A stretch of 64,000 bases of DNA, taken from contig OZ245817.1 in NCBI GenBank assembly GCA_965228475.1, positions 4,398,264 to 4,462,263 on the forward strand. The letters are read 5' to 3'. The notes beneath the pieces are model-generated. The model was not told the origin of the DNA. It did no database searches and saw only the letters and a list, made by a program, of their open reading frames with translations. The translations under genes were made by a program, and so were the position numbers. Below are positions 60,917 through 64,000 of the stretch, piece after piece. Each line of letters opens with the position of its first letter. Positions within the stretch are counted from its first letter, which is position 1. The DNA comes from Myxococcota bacterium. GTDB lineage: Bacteria > Myxococcota_A > UBA9160 > JAFDDA01.

Positions 60917-61837
60917 ATGGGTTCTTTGGACGGAAAGGTCGCGGTCGTCACCGGCGCCGCGCACGGACTCGGACGGCTCCACGCGCTCGGCCTCGCGGCC
61001 GAGGGCGCGAAGGTGGTGGTGAACGATCTCGGCGTCGCCGCCGACGGCTCGGGCCGGGACGACAGCGCCGCCCAGGCCGTGGTCGACGAGATCAAGAGTG
61101 CCGGCGGCGAGGCCCTGGCCCACTCGGGCGACGTCGCGAACTTCGCCGATGCGGAAGGCATGATCCGCGCCGCCATCGACACCTACGGCGACCTCGACAT
61201 CCTGATCAACAACGCCGGCTTCACCCGCGACGGCACGATCTTCAACCTCACCGAGGACGAGTTCGATTCCGTCATGCGCGTCCACGTGAAGGGCCACTTC
61301 GCGCCCTCGAAGTTCGCCATGGCCCACTGGCGCGCGAAGTCGAAGGAAGCGGGCGGCCCGGTCTACGGCCGGCTCGTCTCGACGGCGAGCGAGTCGTTCC
61401 TATTCGCCCCGCCCGGCCAGCCGAACTACTCGGCCGCCAAGGCCGGCATCGTCGCCATGACCATGGGCCTCGCGCAGCTCGGCCAGCGCTACGGCGTGAC
61501 GGCCAACGTCGTTCTCCCGCGCGCGCGCACGCGCATGACCCTGGTCGGCCCGACCGCGGCGATCTTCCAGAAGCCCGAGGAAGGCTTCGACAACTTCGCC
61601 CCGGAGAATTCGAGCCCGCTCTTCGTGTACCTGTGCACGCCCCAGGCCGAGCGCATCTCGGGCCACGTCTTCGTGGTCTGGGGCCAGCAGGTGAAGGTGG
61701 TCGGCCGCCCGGACCCGAACGCCGCGATGTTCCAGACCGGCGAGCACTGGAACCTCGAGACCCTCCACGCCGAGCTCGGCCCCCACTTCGAGAAGCTCGA
61801 GCCCGTCACCGACGGCTACAGCGTCCCGGCGATGTAG
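60917..61837 (+). CDS. SDR-family dehydrogenase (hydroxyacyl-CoA dehydrogenase-like)
   Basis: VAVVTGAAHGLG, NNAG and YSAAKAG. Confidence 0.85.
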   Translation: MGSLDGKVAVVTGAAHGLGRLHALGLAAEGAKVVVNDLGVAADGSGRDDSAAQAVVDEIKSAGGEALAHSGDVANFADAEGMIRAAIDTYGDLDILINNAGFTRDGTIFNLTEDEFDSVMRVHVKGHFAPSKFAMAHWRAKSKEAGGPVYGRLVSTASESFLFAPPGQPNYSAAKAGIVAMTMGLAQLGQRYGVTANVVLPRARTRMTLVGPTAAIFQKPEEGFDNFAPENSSPLFVYLCTPQAERISGHVFVVWGQQVKVVGRPDPNAAMFQTGEHWNLETLHAELGPHFEKLEPVTDGYSVPAM

Positions 61838-61864
61838 GGAGCGGGGCGCCGCCTCCGAGCTCCG

Positions 61865-61905
61865 AAGAACGCCCCTGGCCCCCGGCCGGGGGCGTTCTTT
61901 CTTGG
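61865..61905 (+). terminator. Rho-independent terminator
   Basis: AAGAACGCCCC-N13-GGGGCGTTCTT followed by TCTT. Confidence 0.65.
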
Positions 61906-61969
61906 GCGGATCGGGCTCCCCCGTGACATTTCGAGATGCGGGGCTCCACCCAATCGCAGGAGGACCCGA

Positions 61970-62602
61970 ATGCCCCGCCCGCTTGCTCACTGCCTCGCCC
62001 TGCTGCCGCTGCTGCTCGCGCCCTCCGCGCAGGCGGCCAGCATCCAGATCCTGACCCAGCTCACGAGCAACCCGGCCTTCATCCTCGGGCCCCAGGCGGG
62101 GATCTTCACGCCGGGCGAGGACGTGCTGATCGAGATCACCTTCGACGAGATGGCGGTCGACGGAAATCCCTCGATGGGGATCGGCACCTTCCTCTCCGCG
62201 GTGAGCCAGCTCGACGTGAGCTTCCAGACGTCGGGGCTCTCCTTCCAGTTCGGCAACCCGCTGTCGTCGATCGGGACGGCCGACGACATGCCGTCGGGCA
62301 CGGACTCCGTCGCCTTCAGCTCCTCCAGCCGAATCGGGGGCAGCATGCCGGGCGGCGTGCCGGCCTCGATCTCGGTACTCCTCGTCCAGATGGGCGGCGC
62401 CGGTGACCTGGTCGTGAACGACCGCCCGGCGACGGGGCCCGTCGCCTTCACGAGTGCCACCTTCGACCTCAACACCACCGGCATCGGCGCAACGAACATG
62501 CTGCTCGAAGGCGGCACGGTCGTGGTCCCCGAGCCGGGCAGCGCCGGCCTCCTCTTGCTGGCTGGCGTCGCGGGCGCGGCGATCCGCTTCCGACGCCGCT
62601 AG
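61970..62602 (+). CDS. PEP-CTERM sorting-domain secreted protein (family member 1 of 3)
   Basis: ATG 7 nt after AGGAGG. Signal peptide. C-terminal VPEPGSAGLLLLAGVAGAAIRFRRR. Confidence 0.8.
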   Translation: MPRPLAHCLALLPLLLAPSAQAASIQILTQLTSNPAFILGPQAGIFTPGEDVLIEITFDEMAVDGNPSMGIGTFLSAVSQLDVSFQTSGLSFQFGNPLSSIGTADDMPSGTDSVAFSSSSRIGGSMPGGVPASISVLLVQMGGAGDLVVNDRPATGPVAFTSATFDLNTTGIGATNMLLEGGTVVVPEPGSAGLLLLAGVAGAAIRFRRR

Positions 62603-62844
62603 CCGCGCTCGGTGGGTTCCGCGGGGCCACCTTCAGCGGGCTCTGCGTCCTCGCCGCGCTTGCGCATCCGGCCGATCAGCAGCGCCACGAGCGCCAGCAG
62701 CGCTTCGTCCACGAACGGCAACGGGTCCGGAACGAAGACGTTCACCGCGGCCAGGGCGAGCACCAGCCCGAACAGCACGGGGAAGCGCCGGCGCGACGCC
62801 CAGCGGACGAGCGGTGCGAGGAAGGCGGTTCGGGCCAGAGCCAT
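62599..62844 (-). CDS. Small membrane protein (81 aa), possibly DUF1232-like
   Basis: High GC3. VNVFVPDPLPFVDEALLALVALLIG. Located between two + strand paralogs. Confidence 0.45.
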   Translation of the reverse strand: MALARTAFLAPLVRWASRRRFPVLFGLVLALAAVNVFVPDPLPFVDEALLALVALLIGRMRKRGEDAEPAEGGPAEPTERG

Positions 62845-62902
62845 CTCCCGACGTTGCCACTTTCGACCCCGGGTCACCACCAAGCTGGGTGGAGGACCCG
62901 AA

Positions 62903-63583
62903 GTGAAGCCCCGATCTGCCCCGCTCGCCCTGGCCCTCGCTCTCACCTTCGCGCTCGCGAAGCCCAGCGCGGCCGCCATCATCCAGGTCGAGATCGCGTC
63001 GACCCTGAGCCAGATCTTCTCCACCGACCACACCCTGCCCATGATGGTGGGGGACGAGATCGTCGTCCGCTTCCAGCTCGACGATGCGGTGCCGGACCTG
63101 AACCCCGTCGCGGGTTCGGGCCAGTTCCAGAACGCGATCGTCCAGGCCTCGGTGGAGTTTCCGGAGCAGGGCCTCTTCTTCGACTTCCCGCTCGGCAGCT
63201 TCAGCGTGCTCACGACCCTCGACAACCAGCCGAGCGGGCCCATCACCACCGACGCCTTCGCCTTCAACTCCCTCGGAGACTCGGTCGGCGGGGACATGCT
63301 GGACGGGGATACCCCGAACTCGATGATCTTCGGCTTCGCCCAGGCTCTCTTCGGCAGCGACCCGACCCTGGTCGTGAACGATCGCCTGAACCCGCCCTTC
63401 AGCTTCGACGGCCTCGGCGCCTCCCAGGTCACGCTGGTCGGGCCGATCGGCACGACGGGCGCGAACTTCGTCGACACCTTCGGCCTGAACGCCGGAAGCG
63501 CCGTCGTGGTGCCGGTGCCCGAGCCGGCGCTGGGCGCCCTGGCCCTGGTTTCGATCTTCGGCCTCGTCCGCCGCCGCACCTGA
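62903..63583 (+). CDS. PEP-CTERM sorting-domain secreted protein (family member 2 of 3)
   Basis: GTG behind GGAGGACCCGAA, the same RBS context as member 1. C-terminal VPVPEPALGALALVSIFGLVRRRT. Confidence 0.8.
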   Translation: MKPRSAPLALALALTFALAKPSAAAIIQVEIASTLSQIFSTDHTLPMMVGDEIVVRFQLDDAVPDLNPVAGSGQFQNAIVQASVEFPEQGLFFDFPLGSFSVLTTLDNQPSGPITTDAFAFNSLGDSVGGDMLDGDTPNSMIFGFAQALFGSDPTLVVNDRLNPPFSFDGLGASQVTLVGPIGTTGANFVDTFGLNAGSAVVVPVPEPALGALALVSIFGLVRRRT

Positions 63584-63648
63584 AGAGAGCGATTGCCGCG
63601 GGCCTGACACTTCCGGCGCCGAGCCACCACGAGGTATCGGAGGATCCC

Positions 63649-64000
63649 GTGAAGCCTACGCTCGCCGCTCTCGCTCTCGCCCTGACCGTCCCTTTCACCC
63701 AGGCCGCCAACGCCGCCACCGTCTCGGTCGAAATCGATACGACGATCTTCGCCGTGGTCAGCTCTCGCGCCATCCCGATCACGATGGGTGAGAACCTGGT
63801 CATCCAGTTCAGCTACGACGACGCGGTCGAAGACACCCAGCTCACCGACGGCTTCGGCCAGTTCGAGAACGCGGTCTCCTCCCTGAGCGTGGTGTTCCCG
63901 GACGACGGCCTGTCCCTCACGTTCAACGGAGGAGACAGCGAGATCGCGACGATCGACGACTTCGGTTCGCCGGGCTCCGAGCTCGACACCTTCACGATCA
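63649..64000 (+). CDS. Paralog 3 of the same secreted family (3' end beyond the window)
   Basis: Own translation from the GTG after GGAGGATCCC gives VKPTLAALALALTVPFTQAANAATVSVEIDTT...GENLVIQFSYDDAVEDTQLTDGFGQFENAVSSLSVVFPDDGLSLTF. It aligns with members 1 and 2. Confidence 0.65.
   Translation, partial: MKPTLAALALALTVPFTQAANAATVSVEIDTTIFAVVSSRAIPITMGENLVIQFSYDDAVEDTQLTDGFGQFENAVSSLSVVFPDDGLSLTFNGGDSEIATIDDFGSPGSELDTFTI

Overview
High-GC (roughly 70% by eye), densely coding chromosomal window from a Gram-negative bacterium, judged from PEP-CTERM sorting signals, an ExbB/ExbD pair, an outer-membrane barrel protein and a proteobacterial-type sortase cassette. I call about 66 CDS. I saw no rRNA, tRNA, CRISPR array, transposase or integrase. 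Many long ORFs in the track are antisense or out-of-frame shadows typical of high-GC DNA. I chose frames by recognisable protein motifs, third-position GC, Shine-Dalgarno spacing and start/stop overlaps.

Content from left to right:
- PilM/MshI-like pilus gene (partial) and a PlsC-like acyltransferase.
- A complete four-gene 'dedicated sortase' cassette: histidine kinase, response regulator, VIT+vWA target and sortase.
- SDR and LOG genes.
- A seven-gene translationally coupled operon built around a minimal ExbB/ExbD-like motor, with two Pro/Glu-rich single-pass proteins.
- Acyl-CoA ligase and amidase.
- An accessory-looking stretch (about 16.9-23.4 kb) with two PEP-CTERM genes behind near-identical sigma-54 promoters with paired upstream palindromes, a Calx-beta protein, and a 996-aa secreted PKD protein flanked by two TetR genes.
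- Aldolase and LysR genes.
- A candidate selenoprotein (in-frame UGA in a U-G-S-C motif) next to a thioredoxin-fold fusion protein.
- A cupredoxin / GGDEF-EAL / outer-membrane barrel / lipidated truncated-hemoglobin operon.
- asd.
- Several acyl-CoA dehydrogenase operons, plus a MaoC/DUF35/Ltp2-like hydratase-aldolase module. Their promoters carry KstR-type palindromes (TAGAAC-NN-GTTCTA).
- A PEP-CTERM gene followed by a 917-aa fusion paralog with Cys-rich repeat modules.
- Lgt and PAP2 genes.
- An mscL / ECF sigma / mini anti-sigma / MscS-like / HerA-like ATPase / DUF4332 cluster.
- A tandem triplet of PEP-CTERM paralogs at the right edge.

The most novel-looking items are the sigma-54 plus enhancer architecture of the PEP-CTERM genes, the ExbBD-centred operon, the UGA-containing redox gene pair, the ECF/HerA-like cluster, and the KstR-like regulon signature in a non-actinobacterial context.
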